Assembly (NCBI RefSeq): GCF_006345805.1
Contig: NC_043004.1
Coordinates: 100,440,001 to 100,504,000 of the forward strand
DNA from: Octopus sinensis
Lineage: Eukaryota
DNA: 64,000 bases
Direction: 5' to 3'
The translations under genes were made by a program, and so were the position numbers. Numbering within the stretch: position 1 is the stretch's first letter; every line of letters begins with the position of its first letter. The notes beneath the pieces are model-generated. The model was not told the DNA's origin and searched no databases. It was given only the letters and a program-made list of their open reading frames with translations. Shown here one piece after another: positions 1 to 10,489 of the stretch.

Positions 1-42
1 TTGGAGCCAACTTGTACAAATGTAAAGCAAAGGTCAAACATA

Positions 43-62
43 GAATAATAATAATAATAATA

Positions 63-116
<54 letters not shown>

Positions 117-138
117 TGATGATGATGATGATGATGAT
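43..138. repeat. (AAT)n followed by (GAT)n microsatellite
   Basis: Direct reading of tandem trinucleotides. Confidence 0.95.
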
Positions 139-329
139 AGCAAGAACAAAAAGGCATCGCATTCGTGGGCTCTTTTATAAGTTTTTCGAGGAATTTCTAC
201 ACGTACACATACTAACAATCAAATATTCACACATGTATACTGCTTATTCCGAGTATTCTGATACGAACTAGGAACCCTGACTGGGTGGTGAGCGCATGTG
301 TGTATATGTGTTTGTGTGTGACAGAGACA

Positions 330-333
<4 letters not shown>

Positions 334-372
<39 letters not shown>
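334..372. repeat. (AG)n microsatellite
   Basis: Direct reading. Confidence 0.95.
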
Positions 373-376
<4 letters not shown>

Positions 377-868
377 AGAGCTCTGTCTACAAAGAGATCG
401 GGTCTTTTACGTTCAATTCAATACTGATACATTGCTCCAAAGTGTCTTTCTACATTTCAGTGCAGTCTAAATCCCGTTTTTAAATGTAGGTGCGCATTTC
501 TTCTATCGAATTTCTGCACTTTCTTCTAAAGCATATGAGCTGTCTAAAGTATTCTCTGGAATAAAACACGACATCGACACAAAATTCGATTAGCAAAAGA
601 AACATTGGGGCGAATGTACCAACATCCCTTTGTCAATGAAAATGACACCCACTTAATAACTAAAACACGGTGAAAAATATGTTTTGAAGGGAACATGACG
701 TCACATACAAACAGGAAAATATGGTAAGGAGGTAAGCTATATTTACGGTGTGTGTAGGTGTATATATATGTGTATTTACGTATGAGAAATAGTGAGAGAA
801 ATAATGAAATAACAGACATACATGCAAACACACAATAATATGTAAATGTCCAAGCAAGTATATATGTG

Positions 869-904
<36 letters not shown>

Positions 905-907
<3 letters not shown>

Positions 908-1225
908 TATTAATGTCAAAGGGTAATCAGAAATATTTGAAACTTCCATTGCCAGTGGCCTAACGTGTAAAAGTTTAGTCAATAGACTATATATTATTCA
1001 TATAAATACAGTGTACATTTAAACACATAAGAGGCATCCATCATAGGACACTTTGCACACTAGAGAGGACAGTTAAATTCCAAACCATTATTAGGGATAA
1101 AATTTCGAAGGGAATGAAATATTAAAACATTTACCTTCTAAGTCCTGAACCAATGGTTTCAGAATTTTTAGCGAATAAAATGATTTGCTAGGCGAAATCT
1201 TCTTCAGCAGGTATACCTTAGATTA
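905..1225 (-). mobile_element. Hammerhead-bearing non-coding retroelement unit (Penelope pLTR-like / retrozyme-like), 3' end joined to (TA)n
   Basis: Contains an HHR at 1144-1211. Downstream boxes AAGGTAAATGTTTT, GTCTATTGACTA, TAGGCCACTGG and TTACCCT are shared with units at 1662-1853 and 60056-60287. Ends in (TA)n at 875-905. Confidence 0.7.
1144..1211 (-). ncRNA. Type I hammerhead ribozyme
   Basis: Minus strand reads CCTG-CTGAAGA-AGATTT..AAATTCT-GAA-ACCATTGGT-T-CAGG: 4-bp stem I, intact core, long imperfect stem II, near-palindromic stem III. Confidence 0.7.
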
Positions 1226-1425
1226 AATATATATACACGAGGCAATCCAGTATATGCCCCGTGCTTATACATTCTAATTTTTGAAATCTACACTGTACTT
1301 ACATATATTGAAGCCCCTCGAGAATACTGTTCTTTTTAAGAAAAAAAACACAAATGAGATAATGAACCCCATACATTAACATCAATTGAGGCGCTAAGCT
1401 TCTTACCACACAGCCACTCCTGCGC

Positions 1426-1618
<193 letters not shown>

Positions 1619-1620
1619 GA

Positions 1621-1849
1621 TAAAAGGCTTCCAAATAAGGAAGCGTAGTGCTAGAAACACAAAGGGTAAATGTTTTTATTTTCATTCCTTTCATGAATTT
1701 ATCCCTTTTTGTGTTTCTAGCACTACGCTTCCTTATTTGGAAGTCTTTTATTATATTTCTATACGAAAAATATATAGTCTAATGACTAATTCGTCTTTTG
1801 TGCTAGGCCACTGGTAATAATAATTTATTTTATTACCCTGTTTGATTAT

Positions 1850-1853
<4 letters not shown>
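1621..1853 (+). mobile_element. Fold-back copy of the HHR-unit family lacking the ribozyme (5' inverted segment plus sense part), flanked by (TA)n
   Basis: About 1622-1665 is the reverse complement of about 1703-1750. The sense part starts at AGGGTAAATGTTTT and carries the family boxes GTCTAATGACTA, CTAGGCCACTGG and TTACCCT. Confidence 0.65.
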
Positions 1854-1888
<35 letters not shown>

Positions 1889-2039
1889 CATAGCCTTGCG
1901 TAGCATGTACTATGCAATTATATATAGACATACTCATGCGCGTGCAAATATAAACACTCAAACACATGAATGACACTTTATTAAAGATAATAAATATTAA
2001 AAAGGAATTGAGAAGAATACATATTCGTAGAACAGGGAA

Positions 2040-2253
2040 ATAATCTTTTCTACTCTAGGCACAAGACCCGAAATTTTGGGGTAGGGGGCCAGTCTATTAG
2101 ATCGACCCCAGTATGCATCTGGGGCTTTATTTATCGACCCCGAATCAATAAAAGGCAAAGTCGACCTCGGCGTAATTTGAACTCAGAATGTTGAAGCGGA
2201 CCAAATATCGCTAAGCATTTCGCCCGGCGTGCTAACGTTTCTGCCAGCTCGCC
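2040..2253 (-). mobile_element. tRNA-derived SINE, family A (GGCGAGCTGGCAGAA head)
   Basis: Reverse complement matches copies at 3693, 33141 and 47350, with A/B-box-like head. Confidence 0.85.
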
Positions 2254-2309
2254 ACTTTGAGTGCAAGGAAATAATGACTCGAACATAAAACTTATAACAG
2301 TGACGATAA

Positions 2310-2700
2310 TGAGAAGACGGTGGGGTGGGGTGGAGGCGAAGAGAAAGCGGAAAGAGGGGGATGGGAGAGAAAGATGAAGAAAAAGGGGAGGTAGATGGGA
2401 GAAGGGGAGGAGAGAAGAAGGGAAGCGAAGAGATGGGAAAGAAGGGGTGGAGAAGAGGACGACGACGATGACCACAACGACGACGACTACGATGACGTCA
2501 GCAAGTACCATCATGATGATGATGACGACGACGACGAAGACGATGATGATGACAGCAGCGGCGGCGGCGGCGGCGGTGGGTACGATGGCGATGACGACGA
2601 ATCGATGATGATGCTGAGGGGTAGAGGTAGAGGTGGTGATAATAGTGTTGATGCTACCGTTGATGATGATATATATATTGATGATCATAATAATGTAACG
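2310..2700. repeat. Purine-rich and (GAT/GAC/GGC)n low-complexity block
   Basis: Direct reading. Confidence 0.85.
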
Positions 2701-3149
2701 ATGACAATTATTTCGCCCGGATTTTTTCTTCAGTGTATGTACATTTACATTTATTTGCAGAAAATCTGGATCGGTTCCCTCTCTAAACATCATCGGGTCT
2801 CCTATTACCAAATCTGTTCATTCCTCCCAGACTAGAGCCTTTATTTCGGAGCGTTAGGCTGTAACGGTCTTATCCAGTGAGCTGCCGGCGCCTAGGACGG
2901 ATGAAGCCAAGGACGAATGTACATAGTTGTGGAAAATGACACCCGATTACGATCGGAGATCGCATGGATCGAAAGTGAAAGTCAATATATTGTTAATATT
3001 ACACTGTAAATATTAGATTGATAGTGCAGATAATTATAATCTGACTAACAATTATTAATATCAAATCGTTCGACATTAAATAATGATGTCAGCACTGATC
3101 TTGTTGCCTTGTGAGCTCAGCATCCCTCATTCAACCGAATGTGATCTTT

Positions 3150-3290
3150 TCCTACATTATTTACATTATTTACATCTGACGGATATTTGTCCTCATCTTG
3201 TTTGTAGTGAATACAACGTTTCGGCTGATATACCATCCAGCCTTCTTCAGGTGTCTTGGGGAAATTCTCATTCCTAAGGCATTTTTCGAT
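3150..3290 (-). mobile_element. Penelope pLTR-like fragment with minimal hammerhead (3211-3254)
   Basis: ACAC-CTGAAGA-A-GGCTG..CAGCC-GAA-ACGT-T-GTAT; homologous inverted copy at 3446-3585. Confidence 0.65.
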
Positions 3291-3310
3291 GTTGTTGCTG
3301 TTATTATTAA

Positions 3311-3311
<1 letters not shown>

Positions 3312-3361
<50 letters not shown>

Positions 3362-3445
3362 TTATTATTATTATATTCAGGTCACTGCTTGAAATTGAAC
3401 TCGGAATCTTGAGGTTAGTAGCCAGCGCTCTTAACCACTACGCCT
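3312..3445 (-). mobile_element. Short tRNA-derived SINE with (AAT)n tail
   Basis: Reverse complement GGCGTAGTGGTTAAGAGCGCTGGCTACTAACC..CCGAGTTCAATTTC..AGTGACCTGAAT followed by (AAT)n. Confidence 0.75.
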
Positions 3446-3585
3446 TATACCCTGAAGAAGGCTGGAGGGTATATCAGCTGAAATGTTGAGTTAACAACAA
3501 ACAAGGTGAGGACAAATATCCGTCGAATTTAAATAATGTAAATGATGTAAATAATGTACATAATTCCTGATCTCTTAAATATATG
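3446..3585 (+). mobile_element. Penelope pLTR-like fragment with degenerate minimal hammerhead (3448-3491)
   Basis: CTGAAGA-AGGCTG..CAGCT-GAAATGT; same downstream sequence as 3150-3290 in opposite orientation. Confidence 0.6.
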
Positions 3586-3692
3586 ACTGTGATCTTTTAC
3601 TGTTGTGTCACTCACTCACTACTCTAATCTTTGAATTGTTCTGCCCCGTCAGTCGGTACTGATCTAATAATATGTAGTTCATTCCTCCTTGT

Positions 3693-3905
3693 AAGGCAGG
3701 CGAGCTGGCAGAATCGTTAGAGCGTCGAGCAAAATGCTTAGCCGTATTTCGTCCATCTTTACGTTCTGGGTTCAAATGCCACCGGGATTGGTTTTCCTTT
3801 TCATCCTTTCGGGGACGATGAAATAAGTACCAGCTGCATACTGGTGTCATACTTAATCGGATTACCCTCTCCCCTTAACTTCCTGGCCTGCTGCTAAAAT
3901 TGGAA
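3693..3905 (+). mobile_element. SINE family A
   Basis: GGCGAGCTGGCAGAATCGTTAG head and family body. Confidence 0.85.
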
Positions 3906-4339
3906 CGCATTATGTAGCTCCTCCTTTCTCGATCATCCCCGATATTGTTTTTGAATAGCCCCTCCCACGCTCGGTCAATCCTGATCTTCTCAGTCTTAGT
4001 CTCTCATTTACTTCCTTGTCCAACAATCCCTCTCTCCCAGTTCTGATTTGATATAGTGTAGTCCCTCCTCTTTTGGTCAGTCTTGATATCATTATTATAG
4101 AGCGCTCTCTCTCCTCTCTCTCTCTCACACACACACACGCACGCACACACTCAGTAAAGCTTGATCTTGGAACTCTTTAATCTCTCACTCATTCAGTTCA
4201 CGTGATATCACTACAGTATAGTGTCTCCTCCTTCACCTCTGTTAGGGGAAGAAGTAAGTGGAAAAGTTCTTATCGTAAAACACCACCTTCCTCTCTCGTC
4301 TTGTCACTGCGTGTGTGTAATCGGTCCTCTTCCGAATTT

Positions 4340-5150
4340 AACGTCATGGGAGAAACCCTAGACTTCGACCAAGATCAACTGGCCAACGTGTTCCAAAGAA
4401 CATTCGGGCCGGGGCCTATGGATAATTACCAAACGTCCCTGGCCTGGCAATGTTTCAGAGGAGCTTTACCGGTTTGAGATAAGCTCTTCAGACATGGGTG
4501 TGCGCCTTCGCCGGTTTGTGCAAGATGCGAGCAGGACAGTTAAACTGTCCTGTACGCCATTGTGCAATGCCCCAAGGTGATTGAGCTCTGGGTCAATGTC
4601 GAACACCTGCTGTCGCATTCAAGAAGAGTACAACTGTCGAGCGAATCTGAAATTAAGATCGTTCCGCCGACCTCCCTGAATAGGGAGGAGCGAGCCTGTT
4701 TTCTCTCGGTAGTTGCTATGGCGAAAGAAATAGTATGGAAGACGAGAGTGAAAGGAATTGCAACAGGCATGTTCATCTCCAGTCTCGAGCTAATCGATGT
4801 TTTCGGTTTCCACATTAAACGGAAAATAAGGCTGGAGAAGAAATGCCTGTCGCAAAGTGTGTTTCGTAAAAGACGGACGTCTATAGCAAGTATGTTGCGA
4901 GTGAAAGAACCTGTCTAAACGAGAATATAAAAAGGACAAAGCAAAGTCTTCAGTGTATGTGGTTTGTGGGGTCGACCGCGTCCTCCGCTCCATTTTTTGT
5001 AAATCACTCATTCTCATTTAATTGTATGTAGTTTAATTGTTTGTTTATTCATACATTTCGTCTCATTCGATACCATGATCCCAATGTTAGTTTAGTCTGT
5101 TCTCGTATCGTCCCCTCTTTTTTCACAACCTCAGAGTTAATAAAGAAATT
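4340..5150 (+). mobile_element. 5'-truncated Tx1/L1-clade LINE 3' fragment (ORF2 C-terminus plus 3' UTR)
   Basis: TFGPGPMDNYQTSLAWQCFRGALPV..CARC..QCP motif with stops, homologous to the 23170-23800 region of the large element; ends in AATAAAGAAA like that element. Confidence 0.85.
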
Positions 5151-5300
5151 GACTTTGTTACTCTATAGCTCTTCCACCCTCATTGTTACACTATTGTTTT
5201 TTTTTTATAGTTATTGTTTTCTTTGGTTTTTCTTTTTCCTGGATACCTTCTTCCTTCAGTAGTCAACGCTGATATTGATGCTTTGTGCTACCTTACTCAC

Positions 5301-5408
5301 CTGCAGTCACAGAAATTGAACTATGAAGTCGGATCAAAATTGAACTACTGAACCGAAGTACTTGGTCCGATCCATGAGACATCATACCAACTTCCATAAT
5401 GCTGAACG
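5301..5408 (-). other. Candidate exon of a minus-strand host transcript (FSIMEVGMMSHGSDQVLRFSSSILIRLHSSISVTA)
   Basis: CTAG acceptor, CAG|GTGAGT donor, 108 nt open in phase 1-1; no homologue recognised. Confidence 0.35.
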
Positions 5409-5769
5409 CTAGATGTTTGTTGCTTTGTTTGTTGATTTGTTCCTCTGTGCCTTATGGAGTGTGTGTGTGTGTATGTGTGTATGTGTGTGTGCGCGCGCTG
5501 TGAGTGTGTAAATGTTTGTATATATATATAAAACCGTATTTCTATTAACGTAAGTACATACAGACACAAGATAAATTATATACATATACATATATACATA
5601 CACATAAATTATATATATATATATATACATACATATATTTCAACATATGCACTTGCCATCACATACCATCACAAAAGCAAATACACACACAGCATACATA
5701 TACACATACGTACACGCACACACACACACACGCTCAAACATATAGTACACATATATGTATATATATCTG

Positions 5770-5843
5770 TATATATATATATAATATATATATATATATA
5801 TGTTATACAGATATATATATATATATATATATAATATATATAT

Positions 5844-5928
<85 letters not shown>

Positions 5929-5960
5929 GATAGATAGATAGATAGATAGATGGATGGATG
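5770..5960. repeat. Compound (TA)n(GA)n(GATA)n microsatellite
   Basis: Direct reading. Confidence 0.95.
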
Positions 5961-6453
5961 GATTAGCATATATATATCTACATACCAGTTGGTGTATAAA
6001 TGTTTCTATGTCATTTTGAACGGCTGCCCCAGACCAATTCTATTCTTTCTCACCAAATATTCCTGTTTTCCATAGTATTTTTTCAGATCTTGCTCTGTGA
6101 CACGAGAGAGTTGATCAATGCACGCCATTCTGGATCGTTCGATACGAGAATTCTCATAACACGGGATCCATAGAGGGAACTCATTCTACGGATTCCTTCC
6201 ATAGTTTGTAATACAGGATGCATTATAACGAGTGGCATCTTCTCAGCTGTGCGTGCAGGTGTGTGTGTTGTGTTCTTGCTTCAATTGTAGTTTAACCGTT
6301 ATTCGCAGAGAAGACTTCCCATCAAAGATGTTCCAGTCGTTAATATATTGTCTTTTCTTTCGAATACTGAATATCCAAGATTTCTATTGTTCAATAGATT
6401 TTTTTTTTCCATTCATGAAACGGTAGGGAGTGATTGGAGCCAGCGAAAAAACG

Positions 6454-6454
<1 letters not shown>

Positions 6455-6512
<58 letters not shown>

Positions 6513-6750
6513 TATCATTATCATCATCATTATCATCATCATATCGAGGACCACGACAACGACGACGAAGGCGATTGATAGCGGTGGTGCTGGTGGTGGT
6601 GGTGGTGAATGAGGTGTTGCTGACCGAGGTGCGCTGATGTCTGTGAAGGCAGGGATATTGGTGGTGGTGGTGGTGGTGGTAGTGTTGGTGTCGATGGGGT
6701 GGGGGTGATGGGGTGGGTGTGATGGTGGTGGTGGTGGTGGTGGTGGCCTT
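6455..6750. repeat. (CAT)n and (GGT)n trinucleotide block
   Basis: Direct reading. Confidence 0.9.
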
Positions 6751-8199
6751 GACGTTGATTTATATCATTTTTCTCTTTACTCTTCTAATTTCGTTAAACA
6801 CAAAAAAAACACAGTGATGAATGGAAAATATTTTTTGACCCGTTAACCTTAAAAAAATATTCTGATAGATGTTTGTTTGTTTGTTTGTTTGTTGCTTTGT
6901 TTCTCTGTGCCTTATTGTGTGTGTGTGTGTGTGTGTGTATGTGCGTGTGCGTGTGCGAAGCGTGCGCGTGCAGTGTGTGTTATGTTTGTATATATAAATA
7001 CATATATATATATATATATATAAAACACCCTGTTTCTATTAACGTACATACAGACAGAAGGTAAATTATATACATATACATATTATGTACAGATACATAC
7101 ATATATACATATACGTATACATATACTTATACATATATATATATGCATTTGCGAGCACACATCATCAAAACAACAAATAGACACACAGAGCATCCATACG
7201 CGCATGCGCACACACATACATACATAGAAATAAGCCAAAACACGCATGCACACATATGTGCATTTCCTAATTATTCTCTTTCAAAATGATGCGTGTTTGT
7301 TTTTAACATATATACATACATGCAAACACACAGATGCACACATAAGCCCGTTCACACAAAAGTGTGTATATATATTATATATATAATATTATATATATAG
7401 ATATACAGAGAGAGAGAGAGAGAGGGAAAGAGGAGAGTGAGGACTGAGAGAGAAGAGAGAGAGAGAGAGAAATAGAGGAGAGAGAAAGAGCGACGGAGAG
7501 AGAGAAAGAGAAGAGAGAGAGAGAGAAGGGGGATAGAAACAGGCATATGTGTCTATATACGAGTCGGTGTATGAATGTATCTATGTGCATATGTATATAT
7601 ATATATATATATTATATGTATATCTGTATTGTGTATCTGTCAATATATGTATATATACATACATATATATGTTAATATGTTAGTTGGAATATATGCATCC
7701 TTACGAACATCGCACATACAAAAACAAGTCCTCACTCACACATACACAAACACACATATATATCTATGCGCTATTGCGTATATAATATATTATTATATAT
7801 ATATATTATTATATATATATATATATATGCATATATACACACATACATGCAAACATGAGCACTCATATAAATACATGCGTATTCTCCCGACTACTGACAC
7901 ATCTGATCTTTGGTTTGCAATGTTCATCGATACAGTTTCAAGAAGGATATGATACTCTGGACAGTAGAGTTAGATTCCAAAAACTGTCCGTTCCTAGAAG
8001 CATTGAACCGGAAGTAATAAACTATGTTTCCTGGTCAATAGAGCCCAACCCGTAAGTGGCTTTTATGTTTTATGTCTTCTATCAAAACGGTAATCCGACA
8101 GTTATATTTTTTGCCTTTTAATATCCATCTTTCTACAAGGATAATATTTTACCTGACTTGAATGAGTGGTTTTCTCATAGATCTTAACACAAATATACA

Positions 8200-8608
8200 G
8201 TTATGTATGTATGATGTATGTATGTATGTATGTATGTATGTATGTATGTATGTATGTATGTATGTATGTGTGTGTGTATGCATGTAAGTACGTATGTATA
8301 TGTGTATGTAAGTGTAAATGCGTGTATATAATTATGCATGTATGTATGTTTGTAAATGTGATTCTACATGTGTGTATCTATACATACGTGCAGCAACGTA
8401 TGCATCTATGTATGTATATGTATGTACTTTCAAATGAATAAATGTGTAAAAAAACACATGTGTATTTGTATATTTACATATATATATATATATATATCTG
8501 TGTGTGAGTGTGTCTGTGTGTATCAATCTAATCTACTACATAATTATGCTAACAAGCAAATTTAACATACACACTTGTATAAATGTATATACATTTATAT
8601 GTACGTAT

Positions 8609-8647
<39 letters not shown>

Positions 8648-8648
8648 T

Positions 8649-8719
<71 letters not shown>

Positions 8720-8790
8720 TTACATGTTTCTAAATATACATACACCACACTCATAAACACATATGTATATATATAGTGTGTGTGTATGTG

Positions 8791-8851
<61 letters not shown>

Positions 8852-8905
8852 TATATAATATATTACATAATATATATATTTATATATATATATATATATA
8901 TATAT
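8200..8905. repeat. (TATG)n and (TA)n microsatellite-rich region
   Basis: Direct reading. Confidence 0.9.
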
Positions 8906-9220
8906 GGATTAACTGTTGGAGGGACGGACGTCTATTTGTTCTCTCCCAAGTCAGTAGCAAGCTACACAGCTTCAAAACTAACTGACCTTAAATATATATA
9001 TATTTGTACCACGTGTTTGCCTACAAACCCGTAAGTACGTTTTCATTTAACTACAAATGGTTATATAACACCTGTTTTTCTTTTAATATCCTCAAACAAC
9101 CAAATAATCAAAACTCACACCCTTAAGAAGAGAACATTTAATATATACACTCTTTAACTCCCAAGAAAGAATATATATATTTTCAAAAATCAAAAGGAAA
9201 ACAAAGAAAGAAAAACAAAC

Positions 9221-10443
9221 ATGACTAACTTCCAGGCCTGCAACAGACGAAATTGGTCTGATAACGAAATTGATGTTTTAATAAACACATGGCTCTCTCT
9301 TTCCCAAACAGAAAATCTAAATGTCTTGTGTTTGAATGAGATTGCCGAAAAAACATCACAAGTGGTCAACACACGATCCGTCAAACAGATTCGAAGCAAG
9401 TTGAAACATATCGAAGTATCTTTCAAACTGATAAGAGGCCATTATGAAAAGCTTCTACATATTTTCACAGTTCAAGAACAACAACAGCTAGAAAATCAGC
9501 AGCCACAACAACAACAACAACAGATGAGCCACTCCTGGTTCCCAGCACAATGGCTGACCCTGACATCGGTCAGGCACAACAACAACAACAACAGCCACAG
9601 CAACAAGAACAACAACAGCACTCCTCAACTCTAGCTTACTAGACGATTCACTAAATGCCAGTATCTTTTCACCGCTCTCACAGCAACCACCACAATTATC
9701 ATCATCATCATCACCACCGCTGCCACCATCGTCTTCTATCACCAAAAATACCGACAGAAAACCAAATAAGAAACCACTGCCCTCTTCCCCCACATCACCA
9801 CCTCAATACTACCTGCAGTAACAAAAACTTAAAGAAACATAGGAAGCAGAATGCGCCCCCCACGGCTCAAACAAGAAATCCCCAAATATGCCGCTATTCA
9901 CTGCGCCAGAGACTCTGCACAAATAGTGACTGCATCTTCACGCATCTACCCGGCACTAGACGCACTACCGGCCAAGGCCAAAGCACGCATCCCACAATAA
10001 CATCAACACCACCAAATAGTAAATCGAAATTCAAACACACAAACTCGGAGTCCCAAAATCTGCCGTATTCCCAACGTGAGAGAACATGTCTACTGAGTGA
10101 CTGTCCCTTCACTCATCTTCCAGGGACCCGACGCACAAACAGAAACGGGGCCTCAAGCCAACACACAAACCTGAATAACAATAAAAATAGAAACACACCA
10201 TGCTGCAGTAATGCTGGTCCAGTCTTTTCAGAAGACACAAAACCAACAACAACAAAAGTGGAACTACAACCCTATCCAACAGTGCAACTACACCTCCAGC
10301 AAAAACTGCTCCCTAAGCAGGAAAATTCTTTTTTAGCCATGTTGAACATGGCAAAAGAGATACACAAAAACATTCTAGCCATCACTCAACACCATCCTAT
10401 GCTATTACCCCAGTGCACCAATTCCCCACATTGCTGCCACTAA
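9221..10443 (+). pseudogene. LINE ORF1: Myb/SANT-like (trihelix) N-terminus, Q/N/P-rich linker, two CCCH zinc fingers
   Basis: NWSDNEIDVLINTW..EIAEK..RSVKQIRSKLKHI; CRYSLRQRLCTNSDCIFTH and (C)RYSQRERTCLLSDCPFTH (C-x8-C-x4-C-x3-H, the second restored by one indel); stop and frameshifts present. Confidence 0.65.
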
Positions 10444-10489
10444 CACACACAAAAAATCCAAGCCCCCTGCAACAGTCAAAACCAGCCAC

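Larger units (their letters stand above)
5409..7200. repeat. Diverged direct duplication of about 300 bp (5409-5700 and 6864-7200)
   Basis: Shared blocks TCTGTGCCTTAT and TTTCTATTAACGTA(AGTA)CATACAGACA..TAAATTATATACATATACATAT in the same order. Confidence 0.7.

Noticed and set aside
2395-2835. Acidic and Gly-rich 146-aa ORF
   Set aside because: Made of GAT/GAC/GGC trinucleotide runs; no domain or splice support.
3910-4330. Minus-strand peptide SRLTKRGGTTLYQIRTGREGLLDKEVNERLRLRR
   Set aside because: Looks coding, but I could not assign it to any family; left uncalled.
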